A DNA stretch of 64,000 bases from Mobula hypostoma. Lineage: Eukaryota. The notes beneath the pieces were generated by a model. The model made no database searches and was not told where the DNA came from. It saw only the letters and a list, made by a program, of their open reading frames with translations. The stretch covers positions 8,122,001-8,186,000 of the forward strand of contig NC_086101.1 of NCBI RefSeq assembly GCF_963921235.1, given 5' to 3'. Made by a program: the position numbers and the translations under genes. Each line of letters starts with the position of its first letter. The first letter of the stretch is position 1. Shown one piece after another: positions 38,301 through 49,694 of the stretch.

Positions 38301-39420
38301 TCCCTTTCCTCTGTCACTTCAGTTCAGTTCCCACCAACCCCGCCCCCCACCCCCCAGCGATACTAGTTTAAACTCTCCCCAGTAGCCTTAGCAAACCTCC
38401 CCACCAAGATACTGGTCCCCCTGGGATTCAAGTGCAACCCGTCTTCTTTTGTACAGGTCACACCTGCCCCAGAAGAGATCCCAATGATCCAGAAATCTGA
38501 ATCCCTGCCCCCTGCTCAATCCCTCAACCACACATTTATCCTCCACCTCATTCTATTCCTTTACTCACTGTCGCATGGCACAGGCACGTGTAGTCTGTTT
38601 CAGGACCTCCTCCCTTTTCCTACCTATGTCATTGGTACCAATATGTAGCACAACCTCTGGCTTTTCACCTTCCCACTTCAGCATATCGTAGATGCGATCA
38701 GAAACATCCCGGACCCTGGCACTTCGAGGCAAACTACCATCTGTGCTTCTTTCCTGTGTCCACAGTATCGCCTGTCTAATCCCCTAACTATAGAGTCCCC
38801 TATCACTGCTGCCATCCTCTTCCTTTCCCTACCCTTCTGAGCCACAGGGCCAGACTCTGTGCCAGAGGTTTGACCACAGTTGCTTCCCCCAGGTAGGCAG
38901 TCTCCCCCAACAGTACTCAAAGAGGAGTGCTTATTGTCAGGGGGGACAGCCACTGGGGTACTCTCTATGATCTGTTTCTTGCCTTCCCTCTCATGACAGT
39001 TAGCCACTTATCTGTCTCCCCAGGCCCCAGAGTGACTACTTGCCTATAGCTCCTCTCTATCACCTCCTCACTCTCCCTGAGCATGCGAAGGTCATCGAGC
39101 TACATCTCCAGTTTCCTAACGCGTCTCTAAGGAGCTGCAGCTCGACGCACCTGGTGCAGATGTGGCCGTCCGGGAGGCTGGGAGTCTCCCAGACTTCCCA
39201 CATCTGACACCGAGCACAGAAAACCGGCTTCACACACGTACTTTCTGTCTGTATTCTAAACAGATAACCTACCCTGCCTCGATCCTTTATTGCCAAAGCC
39301 CCATTGAGCCAAAGCCTTCCTACTTTGTCTCCCTCTACTCTGTCACCCGTTCTGTAAAGCTGTCTTCTTTTTAAACTCTTCCCGCTGTTCTCACTGGCTG
39401 ACCTCCACGTCCTTGTGCAG
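35365..39420 (-). mobile_element. Near full-length (about 4 kb) decayed CR1: 5'UTR, ORF1, ORF2, tail
   Basis: ORF1 zinc finger CVKPVFCARCQMWE (about 39240), GDSIVRG esterase motif, endonuclease (37754-38317), RT (35956-36783), 3' tail near 35365. Confidence 0.92.
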
Positions 39421-39444
39421 TCATGTCCTGTTCAAACCGCCAAA

Positions 39445-40015
39445 GCGACAACCACTGAGTATTGTGAACAGTTTTGGGCCCCTCTTCTGAGAAAAGATGT
39501 GCTGGCATTGGAGGGGGTCCAGAGGAGGTTCACAAGGATGATTCCAGGAATGAAAGGGTTATCATACGAGGAACGTTTGATGGCTCTGGGTCTGTCCTCT
39601 CTGGAATTCAGAAGGATGAGGGGGGATCTCATTGAAATCTTTCAAATGTTGAAAGGCTTAGACAGAGTAGATATGGAAAGGATGTTTCCCATGGTGGGAG
39701 AGTCTAGGACCAAAGGGCACAGCCTCATAATAGAGGGGCACCCTTTCAAAAAAGAGATGCGGAGAAATTTCTTTAGCCAAAGGGTGGTGAATTCATGGAA
39801 TTTGTTGCCACATGCAGCTGTGGAGGCCAGGTCGTTGGGTGTATTTAAGGCAGAGATTGATAGGTTCATGATTGGACGTGGCATCAAGGGTTACGGGGAG
39901 AAGGCCAGGAGCTGGGGTTGAGGAGGCGAGGAAAAATAGTATCAGCCATGATTCAATGACGGAGTAGACTCGACTGGCCAGATGGCCTAATTCTGCTCCT
40001 ATGTCTAATGGTCTC
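39445..40015 (+). mobile_element. Young CR1 3' fragment
   Basis: EYCEQFWAP..LEGVQRRFTRMIPG..RNFFSQRVV open frame plus 3'UTR. Confidence 0.88.
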
Positions 40016-40908
40016 ACATTCCAAATACTTAATTGTTAGTTAATGAGTTACCTGAACAGCACGGGCTCGTTAGTCCGGAAGGGTTGCTGTCATGCTGCGT
40101 TTCTAATTAAAACAAATAAAATATACTTTAAAGAGTGTTGAGATGCTCGGTAAACGTTCATTAGTTTGTTACTGGTGGAGGGGTTGCCAGGGAGTGGGCA
40201 GGGGAAATATTTCAGCAATTAGATCAGATCAGATCAGGCACAGGCAACATAAGTTACCGACATTCTATAGAAGGCCAAAGATCCATAGAACACTACAGCA
40301 CAGAAAACAGGCCATTCGGCCCTTCTAGACTGTGCCTAAACTTTATTCCGCTGTGACAGTGAAGGAAAAGACTGTGCAAAACACAATAATAATGCAAGGA
40401 AAAGCGCAATCAGGGACAAGTTCATGGTAGTGCAAGAATTATGCTGGGCGTTCCGCTGCAGGGTAGCGTTAGGATTGTGCAGCTCGGTTCAGGAAGGTCA
40501 GGTCTCGTCAGCAGCAGGAGAGACAACCCCATGGCGGTTACTCGGGACAGTCCACACGAGAAGGCTGTGCAAGGCAGGTCAGTGGTTGTCGGAGTCCGAC
40601 TCTCAGAGTACTCCTACTTCGGTTCAGTCCATCTGCGTGAACCTGAAATCCTTCCCGAATGCAGAGAATGGCGCAGAGTAACTAACAGCAAAGCAGCCCC
40701 ACTGGAAGAGACAGACGGTTTGTGGGATCTTGCTGTGCAGAGGCGGGTGGATATGTTTGACCACACTTGCAACCTGCCCAGCACATCTTTAGGTAGTGTT
40801 GGTTGTTAATGCAATCATGCATGGTCTGAATCACTCCCCAGCAGCACTTGACTCTTCTAGATTCAGTGCAAGGCTATAGGCAAATGCAAACCTTCCTTCA
40901 AGCCCTAC

Positions 40909-41031
40909 CTTGGAGCTGCTGCTGGGGTCTTGCTTTGCATATACCAGCCTCTGGGTTTCGTGCTGCACATGCAGTTCCAGCTGGTGCGGCCTTGTCTCCT
41001 AAGGGTACTTTCCCAGCTGGCACAACGCCGC
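40909..41031 (-). CDS. Candidate 123-nt symmetric exon of the unannotated minus-strand gene
   Basis: Acceptor gttaaattgttttgcacAG|G, donor AAG|GTAGGG, length divisible by 3, two open frames, unique sequence. Confidence 0.35.
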
Positions 41032-41632
41032 CTGTGCAAAACAATTTAACAGGAAGGTCTGATGCTGTGGTTTTCCCTGACAAATATCTCTGTGTTGCCA
41101 CACAGTCACTAGCAGTGACGTAATTGACCACAGTGTTCTTGCTCGGAGGCTGATTCATTCAAAGAAGGATATTGAGCACATCCTTTATGAAATTCCAAAG
41201 AACATCACAAACAACACATTTTTAAAAAAGAAATCTGCAGTAACAAGTGGAATACCCATCTTTAGCTGCCCCTAAAGTGATGACATTGAGTTCAAAGTTC
41301 AAAGTAAATGTATTATCAAAGTACCTATATATCACCATATACCACCCTGAGATTCACTTTCTTGCGGGCATTCACAGTAGATCAAAGAAATTCCACAGAA
41401 GAATTGAGACTTACAAACAAGCAATGTGCCAAAGAAGACAAATTATGCAACTACAAAACATATCAAATAATAATAATTAACAATAATCTACCTATTTATC
41501 TATCTAGCTCTAACAATAATTATTATTATAGGTAAATAGATAGATAGTTTGCTCCTGCCAGATTTACAAATTCACTCCCCACTCAATGTTGACAAATACA
41601 GAACCGTAGAAAAATCTTAGGGACCTTAGATA

Positions 41633-42117
41633 TGAGGGGTGATTGATAAGTTCGTGGCCTACGGTAGAAGGAGTCAATTTTAGAAAACCTAGCACATTTA
41701 TTTTTCAACATAGTCCCCTCCTACATGTACACACTTAGTCCAGCGGTCGCGGAACATACGGATCCCTTCTTTGTAGAAGTGGTCCACAGCAGGGGCGATT
41801 GATAGTTTGTGGCCTAAGGCAGAAGGAGATGAGTTATACAGCTCTCGTTATATGCACGTGCAGTTCAACTCTTTGAGTGAAAATGCAGAAAGTTTGAAGT
41901 TAATAACTCATCTCCTTCTACCCTAGGCCATGAACTTATTAATCACCATTGCTGTGGACAACTTTCTGGAGGTCCAAGACGCTGACTTCTACAAAGAAGG
42001 AATCCATATGCTCCACAACCGCTGGACTAAGTGTGTAAAGGTAGGAAAAATAAATGTACTAGGTTTTCTAAAATTGACTCTTCTACCTCAGGCCACGAAC
42101 TTATCAATCACCCCTCG
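41633..42117. mobile_element. Mariner-derived MITE/foldback element
   Basis: TIR gaggggtgattgataagttcgtggcct at both ends with TA on the left flank; the interior translates to DNFLEVQDADFYKEGIHMLHNRWTKCV, a mariner transposase C-terminus. Confidence 0.85.
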
Positions 42118-42369
42118 CATATACTCGTGCCTGACTTTTGTAGAGTTCTGTATTTGTCAATGTGGAGCGGACAGCGAGTTGGTAAATCTGCAGGATTTGG
42201 TGAGGATGGAGTGCAACAGGAGGGGCAAGGGATCGGTGGCAGAGAAGGGGTGCCCAGGCGTGGGGTGGAACGGGTGCAGGTACAACCAGCCCCTGAGACA
42301 CCAGGCAAGGTCATTCGTTTCCAAATAAATGGATTATTGATTATTAAAGAGTGTCTCTCCGGTGCTTTC

Positions 42370-43097
42370 TGCTCCCTCCCACCTCCCTTCCCCTTTTCAC
42401 AACCATGATTCCCCTCTTCCTGCCCCCTCCCACCTCCCTTCCCCTTTTCACAACCATGATTCCCCTCTTCCTGCCCCCTCCCACCTCCCTTCCCCTTTTC
42501 ACAACCATGATTCCCCTCTTCCTGCCCCCTCCCACCTCCCTTCCCCTTTTCACAACCATGATTCCCCTCTTCCTGCCCCCTCCCACCTCCCTTCCCCTTT
42601 TCACAACCATGATTCCCCTCTTCCTGCCCCCTCCCACCTCCCTTCCCCTTTTCACAACCATGATTCCCCTCTTCCTGCCCCCTCCCACCTCCCTTCCCCT
42701 TTTCACAACCATGATTCCCCTCTTCCTGCCCCCTCCCACCTCCCTTCCCCTTTTCACAACCATGATTCCCCTCTTCCTGCCCCCTCCCACCTCCCTTCCC
42801 CTTTTCACAACCATGATTCCCCTCTTCCTGCTCCCTCCCACCTCCCTTCCCCTTTTCACAACCATGATTCCCCTCTTCCTGCCCCCTCCCACCTCCCTTC
42901 CCCTTTTCACAACCATGATTCCCCTCTTCCTGCCCCCTCCCACCTCCCTTCCCCTTTTCACAACCATGATTCCCCTCTTCCTGCTCCCTCCCACCTCCCT
43001 TCCCCTTTTCACAACCATGATTCCCCTCTTCCTGCCCCCTCCCACCTCCCTTCCCCTTTTCACAACCATGATTCCCCTCTTCCTGCCCCCCTCCCAC
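42370..43097. repeat. 51-bp minisatellite, 14 full copies plus a partial copy
   Basis: Unit tgccccctcccacctcccttccccttttcacaaccatgattcccctcttcc; only a C/T variant at position 4 is visible. Confidence 0.98.
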
Positions 43098-43119
43098 TCT
43101 CAGTCCACAATAGAGACCC

Positions 43120-43640
43120 ACATCAGAATCAGGTTTATTATCAATCACATATATCATGATGTTTTTTTATTTGCAGCAGCAGTACAGTACAACACATAGA
43201 ATTACTACAGTACTGTGCAAAAATCTTAGGCACCCTAGCTATATGTACAGTCTGTGTCTAAGACTTTTGCACAGCACTGGAGATAATACTGAGAACATGA
43301 ATTGTGGTGTCCTCCTTGTAAGTGAGTCCAGTGCTGAGGAGAGTGAAGTTAGCCAAACTGGTTCAGGAGCCTTTTGGTTGTTGGGTGGTAACTGATGATG
43401 AACCTGGTGGGAACTAAAGCTCCTGTACCTCCTTCCTGATGATAGCGATGAGAAGAGAGCATGGTGTGGATGGTGTGGGTCTTTCTTGTGACGGTGCTCC
43501 TTGTAGATGTACTCAATGGTGGGGATGGCTTTTCTTTCTATGCACTTGGCCGTATCCACCACTTTTTCTGGGCTTTTCCATTTAAAGGTGTTTGCTTTTT
43601 CCAAAAAGGCCATGATGCAACCAATCCGGATATTCTCCAT
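43120..43640 (-). mobile_element. Rex1/Babar-like LINE 3' fragment
   Basis: CIMAFLE..KVVDTAKCI..IKDPHHPHHALFSSLSSGRRYRS motif. Confidence 0.75.
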
Positions 43641-44689
43641 TGTGAGCTGATCAATCTGGAGTCAGGTATAGGAAGAGTGGTAAGGACAACAGACTCCCTT
43701 CCCCTGAGTATCCTGCACATTCAGTGCTGTCATCATCACTGCTTTCCCCAATCTCTGGGGGTGTTACTGTTGTTAACAATTCAGAAACAGCTTCCTCCAT
43801 TCTACCATCCAAATTGTCCATGAACCTGTGAGCGCGCTACCTCATAAACACAAGAGATTCTCACACAAAATGCTGGAGGAACTCAGCAGCTCAGGCAGCA
43901 TTTACAGAGAGGAGCAACAGTCAATGTTTTGGGCTGGCACCCTCTATCAGTGTGAGGAACACTTGGAAATTCGAGTGCAGTAATCACAGAGTTCGGCAAA
44001 TCAAACAATACTAAGGATTTATTACATGAATTATTATTACTAGAAAACCTAACAAAAGCTCAACCAAATTATACGTGATCTTGATGAACAGAAATCACTG
44101 AGGATACACAGAAGAACTTGGTCTGAGTTTCATCCCACAAAGAACTACAACATCCCAGCAAAGTGGGATTGGCATGTCCCCCTGAAATGCACCCGGGAGC
44201 ATATAGGAATTCCAGACACTGACAATAGCGTACTAATTAAATTATCACAAATTGAATAAATAAAATTGAACAAAGAGTTTACAATCCTAATGATCCCAGA
44301 TGAGACACCTGTAAAACAAAGTGAAAAACCAGAGCTGGTGCAAAGACAAATGATTAGACATGAAAGGAAAACAAACCAAGGACAATGCAGACTCACATGG
44401 CGACACTGAGAAAATACATTCCACATGCTAACTGACAAAATCTTTTTTTAAATGATCCCTGGTTGTGGCAATCAGAACTGCAAACTTCAGCTGGTTATTC
44501 TTCTCCGTAGATGCTGCCTGGCCTGCTGAGTTTCTCCAGCATGTTGTGTATGTACCACTAATTTCATGTGTTTTTCCTTGTAGTTATTTTTTGCGCAAAT
44601 TGTTTGCAATTTAAGGCAATGTTACGTATTTGTATTGCACTTGAGGAGAGAGTGAAATCTTTACCTTCCTGAAAGAGCTTGACATGATG

Positions 44690-45060
44690 CAGGACAAACA
44701 AGTCCATTCGATTTGTCTGCTGTCCGCCACCCCAAATATTCATTCATTCCAGCATCGATGTACATTGGTCGCCATGTGGATTCTCTACAAAATGGGGTGA
44801 AATTATTCACACAGACTACTTCAACAGCATCTTCCGAATCTGTGGCCACGACCACCAGCAACTCAAAGGTACCTGGGAGCATCCCTATCTGTACTTTCCC
44901 CTCCAAGGCACAGACCACGCTGACTTGAAAATAAGTCACCCACCCTTCAGTGTCATTGAGTACAAGTCCTGGAACTCCCTCCCCAACAGCACCTTCATCA
45001 GCAGGGAACAAGGAGGCCACTGACCCCTACCTTCTCAAGGGCAATTAGTGATGGCAAGGG
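44690..45060 (+). mobile_element. Old LINE 3' end (elasmobranch type)
   Basis: ttcccctccaag..ctgacttgaaaata..cctggaactccctccccaacagcac..ccttctcaagggcaattag. Confidence 0.55.
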
Positions 45061-46223
45061 CAACGTAAGACATTGTAGTATGAGTGGGCCATTTATGCTT
45101 TTCACTCTGCCCTGCCATTCATCAGGATGCCTAATCTAGGGAGACACACGTGACTACAGATATGTGGGTCCAGCTTCCGGTAATTTCTCCCCTGCCCCTC
45201 TCTGTTCTTCATTTCTGCACTCTTATCTCTTTTCCTCACGTGTCCATCACCTCTTCCTAGTGCCCCCTCCCCTTTCCTCACAGTCCAGTCTCCTCTCCTG
45301 TGAGACTCCTTCTTCTCCAACCTGTCCACCCGTCATCTCACAGCGGACTCCTCCAGAAGGAGATGGCGCCAGCGAATAAAGATACCAAGGGTGACATCCT
45401 CCAGACAGTTTATGAAACTACCTCTTTTCATCTCTTTTACATTTTCTATACCTTTCATTGGTGGTTCCGTACTGTTGGAGCCTCTGATCTACCATGTGAT
45501 GGTCTAGTTTTGGGCCAATTGAGCAATCTGGCACTTCCCCGTCTCTGAGTGCGTTCTGGGAGGCGAGCGGCCTCAAGGCCAAGAAGCTTGAAAAGCCCAT
45601 AATTGACTCTATTTCTCACCAATCTTGCTCAGTAAAGTGACAAGGAAGATTGAATGCATTGAAGCGAGAGACAGTTCAGTGCAGTCTACTAGCCTCTTGC
45701 TCTCTGCTGCCAGAAGAAAGTCCCTGCATTTGAATGGTCTCTCTCTCTCAATGCTTTTGGTACTGAAGCTCTGGGCCTGCGGTTGGTGGGTTGGACTATA
45801 ATTCACATTATGAAGTGTTTCTGGTTTCTGGTCGCTCCTTTCTCTGTAGCATATTTGAAACAGGGTGGCCTCACTGCTGAAATGAGGTATGCCTGGACTC
45901 TTTCAACACTAAGTTTTATATTCTGTAGCACTTGCTCATTTTGATTGTTGCTATTTGCATGTGTTTTTGCGCAGAGGGGGTGTGGTCTTGATGTTTTTCG
46001 TTGAATAGGTTCTTTTTTTTTTGTTTCGTGGATGTCTATGGGGAAGACAAATCTCAGGGTTGTACACTGCATACGTACTTTGATAATAAATGTACTTTGG
46101 ACTTTGAGCTTCTTACATCACCGCCCCTCCCCCACCCAACTGGCTTCACCTATCACCCTCTATAGCTATTACCCCTCCCATTCCCCCCTCCCACCAACCT
46201 TCTTATTCTGGCATCTTCCTTTC

Positions 46224-46261
46224 CAGTCCTGATGAGGAGTCTTGGCCCGAAATGTCGACTG
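46224..46261 (+). ncRNA. Minimal type I hammerhead ribozyme in a Penelope-like 3' end
   Basis: Stem I CAGUC/GACUG, core CUGAUGA, weak stem II GG..CC, GAAA, minimal stem III AU/GU; predicted cleavage after GUC at 46256. Confidence 0.72.
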
Positions 46262-46936
46262 TTCATTCATTTCCATAGATTCTTCCTAACCTGCTGAGTT
46301 TCGCCAGCATTTTGTGTGGGTGTGACTCTGGATTTCCAGCATCTCCAGAATCTGTTGTGTTTCTGTTTTCAGCCTGATGGCTCCCAGGCTCTTTGGTGGC
46401 ATTGTTCATGGAGTCACGTAGCACAGAAGGAGACCCTTTGCCCACCGAACCCACTGACCATGGAACACCCACTTACTCTAATCCCCATTGCATTAATTCC
46501 ATCAACCCCCACATTCGGGGAAATATGCATAAATTACAATCTGCACCGGGCTGGAAAGACTGCTGGGAATGTTGTCAGATGTCAATGTTTGGGAAATGAG
46601 ATGTGAGCTCTCCCTCTCTGGACAAAATAGCTACGTTTGTATATTGAGCCAAGAGACACTGTTGAAGCCAGAGGGGTGTTCGGCCCTGACTTGTCCACAC
46701 GTCTGTTTCTTATAGCTTGGAGTTACACCCTTGAATGTATGCACTCATCTTTCAAACGAAGTTAGGTGCATGCATTCTTCAATGATTCATCTTTTTAATC
46801 CAGGATCAGGTTGTGGTTGATTTTTTTTCTCTCTCTGTAAAGTAGAAAGAGCAGTTGTGGACCTTAGTCCCTTAGACTTGTCTTGCCATCCAATTAGATT
46901 CTGTCAAAATCAGATCAGGTTAATTACTGCTGACAT

Positions 46937-47162
46937 AGGTGGCATGAAACTTGCAGGGTGCCCAAACTTTTGCTTTTCCCTTTTTGTTATTTTGAAACTG
47001 TAAAAGATGGGAATAAAAAAAGTAATCTTGCTTAAAATATTTTAAAAATGCGTCATTTTTAACTTTATGCCTTTTGGAAATCAGGTCATTTTTTACTCGC
47101 TTAGCTATTCACAGTAACAGAAATTTTGACCAGGGGTGCCCAAACTTTTGCATGCCACTGTA
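46937..47162 (+). mobile_element. Tc1-family IR/DR-type right terminal repeat
   Basis: Direct repeat gggtgcccaaacttttgc at both ends of a block of about 225 bp that ends in cactg|TA. Confidence 0.7.
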
Positions 47163-47454
47163 CATACTTTGCTAATAAATTTACCTTGAACTTTGATGAA
47201 GCTGACTGAGTCTACAACTTTCTGTGGCCTCTTTCAATCCTGCATGTTGTCGAGTCCCTGCAGGCCATCAGCCACACATGATCTTGAATTTTAGTGTTAA
47301 GGGGAAATGTCATAGAGTCATATTTACAGAGTTATACAGCATCAGAATAGGCGACTTGGCCATCTCACCTATGCTTACCAAGCTGCCTACCTGAGCTAGT
47401 ACCATATCCTTCTAAACCTTTGCATTTTGATGGAGTCACGTTTCCAACCCGATC

Positions 47455-47650
47455 TTAAACAAGAGAAAGTCTGGAGATGCTGGAAATTGGAGCAACACAC
47501 ACAAAATGCTGGAGGAATTCTGCAGGCCTGGCAGCATCTATGGAAAAGAGTACAGTTGATGTTCGGCCCATAACATCGACTGTACTTTTTTCAATCGGTG
47601 CTGCCTGGCCTGCTGAGCTGCTCCAGCATTTTGTGCATGTTGCTCGAACC
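47455..47650. repeat. Inverted pair (hairpin) of Penelope-type ends
   Basis: gcaacacacacaaaatgctggagg..gcagcatc..gaaaagagtacagttgatgtt / aacatcgactgtacttttttc..gctgcctggcctgctg..ccagcattttgtg. Confidence 0.78.
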
Positions 47651-48510
47651 AGATCTTGTTCAGTGAATTTATTGTTCAAAGTTCAGAGTATTATCAAACT
47701 ACCTATATGTCACCATATACAAGCCTGAGATTCATTTTCTTGTGGACATTCATTGTTAATACTAAGAAACACAATCGAATCAATGATTAATTATAAAAGC
47801 AATAAATATCGAGAACATGAGATGAGAAGTCTCTGAAAGTGAGTCCCTCGGTTTGGGAACAGTTCAATGAAGTTGAGTGAAGTTATTCTTCTGGTTCAGG
47901 AGCCTGACGGTTGAGGGGTAGTAACTGCTCCTGAACCTGGTGGTGATGGCAGCAGCGAGAAGAGAGCCTAGTGTGGATGGTGGGGTTTGCTAGCTCTCCA
48001 TGCCAATGTGCTGAATGGCGAGGAGGACTAACCCGTGATGGACTGCGCTGTATTCACTACTTTGCGATTGCCGTGGAGGAGGGTTGGAACCGATACATAG
48101 CAGCACAGGAGACTGGAGAAAGGGAGGATGCACTTCATTCTCACAGGGCTAGGAGCAGATTCACCCGGAGATTCAGATCAGAGAGAATTGCAGGGTGTTG
48201 GAGAAAGAACAGCAACTAATTCAGGCATGAGATCTGTGATTATCTAATGAAGCAGGCTGCGATGTCACAGCCGTTGCAACAGCAGGCTTTATTGCAACCA
48301 TCCATTTGAAACATCCGCTCTGAATAATAATGTCTTGCTTCAGTAGGGGCCTGAGGGCAGAGAATAAGTACTTTCTTTTTTCTCCTGACTTGGCACTAAT
48401 ACTTTGTCACATCCGTTCAGAACCGATCTCTTACACAAGTCCCAGCAGGTTGAAGACACACTATGTTTCATCACCCGGCGTTAACTCCCACCCTCTTCCT
48501 CTGCTACAGT

Positions 48511-48516
48511 TATAAA
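48511..48516 (+). promoter_or_regulatory. Candidate TATA box of PTGES
   Basis: TATAAA 66 nt upstream of the ATG, with a CACCC box (ctcccaccct) about 20 nt further upstream. Confidence 0.5.
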
Positions 48517-48576
48517 TTTGGAAGAAGATGTCCCTGGATACAGAGACACAGGTGGCCACAGCAATCTTCAGCCAAG

Positions 48577-48693
48577 ATGATTTTGAACTTGAAGAATGAA
48601 GCCTTTTGTTCTTACATTTTCTACTCCGTGCTCCTGCTCCTGAAGATGTTCGCCGTGGCGATACTCACGGGGCAACTCAGGCTTCGCAAAAAG
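48577..48693 (+). CDS. PTGES: Prostaglandin E synthase (mPGES-1) exon 1
   Basis: MILNLKNEAFCSYIFYSVLLLLKMFAVAILTGQLRLRKK matches human LLVIKMYVVAIITGQVRLRKK; Kozak AAGATGA; donor AAG|GTAATA, phase 0. Confidence 0.96.
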
Positions 48694-49694
48694 GTAATAA
48701 CTCTTTGTAAAGGGAATGTTTCCGCGCTTAAATCGTATCCCTGGTGTCAGTCATGAGTGGTTAAACGTCCTGGTCCTGGTGATTTAGATAGGATCTAATT
48801 TCCGGTGCAGGCAGCGAGGCGAGCGGGTGCTGCCTAGCACGGTCGAATTTCTAGCCCCTTAGCATGTCAGGGATGCATCATCCCTCTCCCTTTCCCAACC
48901 CGTTGAGGGGTCTCAGCCCAGAACATAGACAGTTTATTCATATCCATGGCCGCTGCCTGGACTGCTGCATACCTCCAGAAATTTGTGTGCGTTCCTCTGG
49001 AATTCAGGCATCTGCAGAATCTCCAATTGTTCCTGAATTGAAATATTTCCAGCATCATCTAAGCTACAATTTAACTCCCGTGGTGCCTAGCAGTGCCAGA
49101 ACATCTCTCTCCATGGGCGCTCGGGCACGAATTGCGAACCCTTTAGTTCCTGCACTAAATTCGTGCCCCAGCCAAGAGTGCCGGACATCGAACGGCAGGG
49201 GCAGCGCCCAGCTGAGAGAGAGTCCTGCATCGTCAGTGCTGCCTTCTGTTGTGTGGGTCTCTCAGTGAGCCCTACTGGGACAGACCCCTGGGTCTTGGCC
49301 AGTGCTGGGCTCTGGTCGACCGTTACTTCCTTTGTTATTATTTATCTTATTTGATATAGAGATACATATAGAACAGGCTCTTCCCGCCCAACGAGCCACA
49401 CCACCCAGCAACCCACCTACTTAATACCAGCCTAATCGCAGGGCAATTTAGTGACCGCTACGGCACTGGAAACCAGAGCACCCAGAGCAAACCTACACGG
49501 GGATACTGTACAAACCTCTTGAAAACGGCGTGTCAATTGAACTCCGAGCTCTGGGACGTCATAGTCTCAATATTGCTCATCCCACAGGCCGGCCTACTCT
49601 CAGACACCCCTCCAACAGTGCGAAGCTCCCTCAAATCTACCTCTCCCACAGTGTCGCTTTCTTAGTACTGTCATTTCCACAACGTGTGCTCCCT

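Noticed and set aside
40441-40809. 122-aa plus-strand ORF
   Set aside because: No recognisable motif or supporting splice context; within chance expectation.
42370-43097. CRISPR-like regular repeat array (also 49695-50195)
   Set aside because: Units are contiguous with no unique spacers; vertebrate context; no cas genes.
42108-43199. Long ORFs of 241-349 aa on both strands
   Set aside because: Artefact of a 51-bp (multiple of 3) tandem repeat; several frames are open at once.
12500-48400. Torsin (TOR1A/B) or C9orf78 exons expected from human synteny upstream of PTGES
   Set aside because: No matching peptide motifs found in the ORF track or by manual translation of unique segments.
48712-48723. 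NF-kB-like GGGAATGTTTCC in PTGES intron 1
   Set aside because: Spacing does not fit the 10-bp GGGRNNYYCC consensus.
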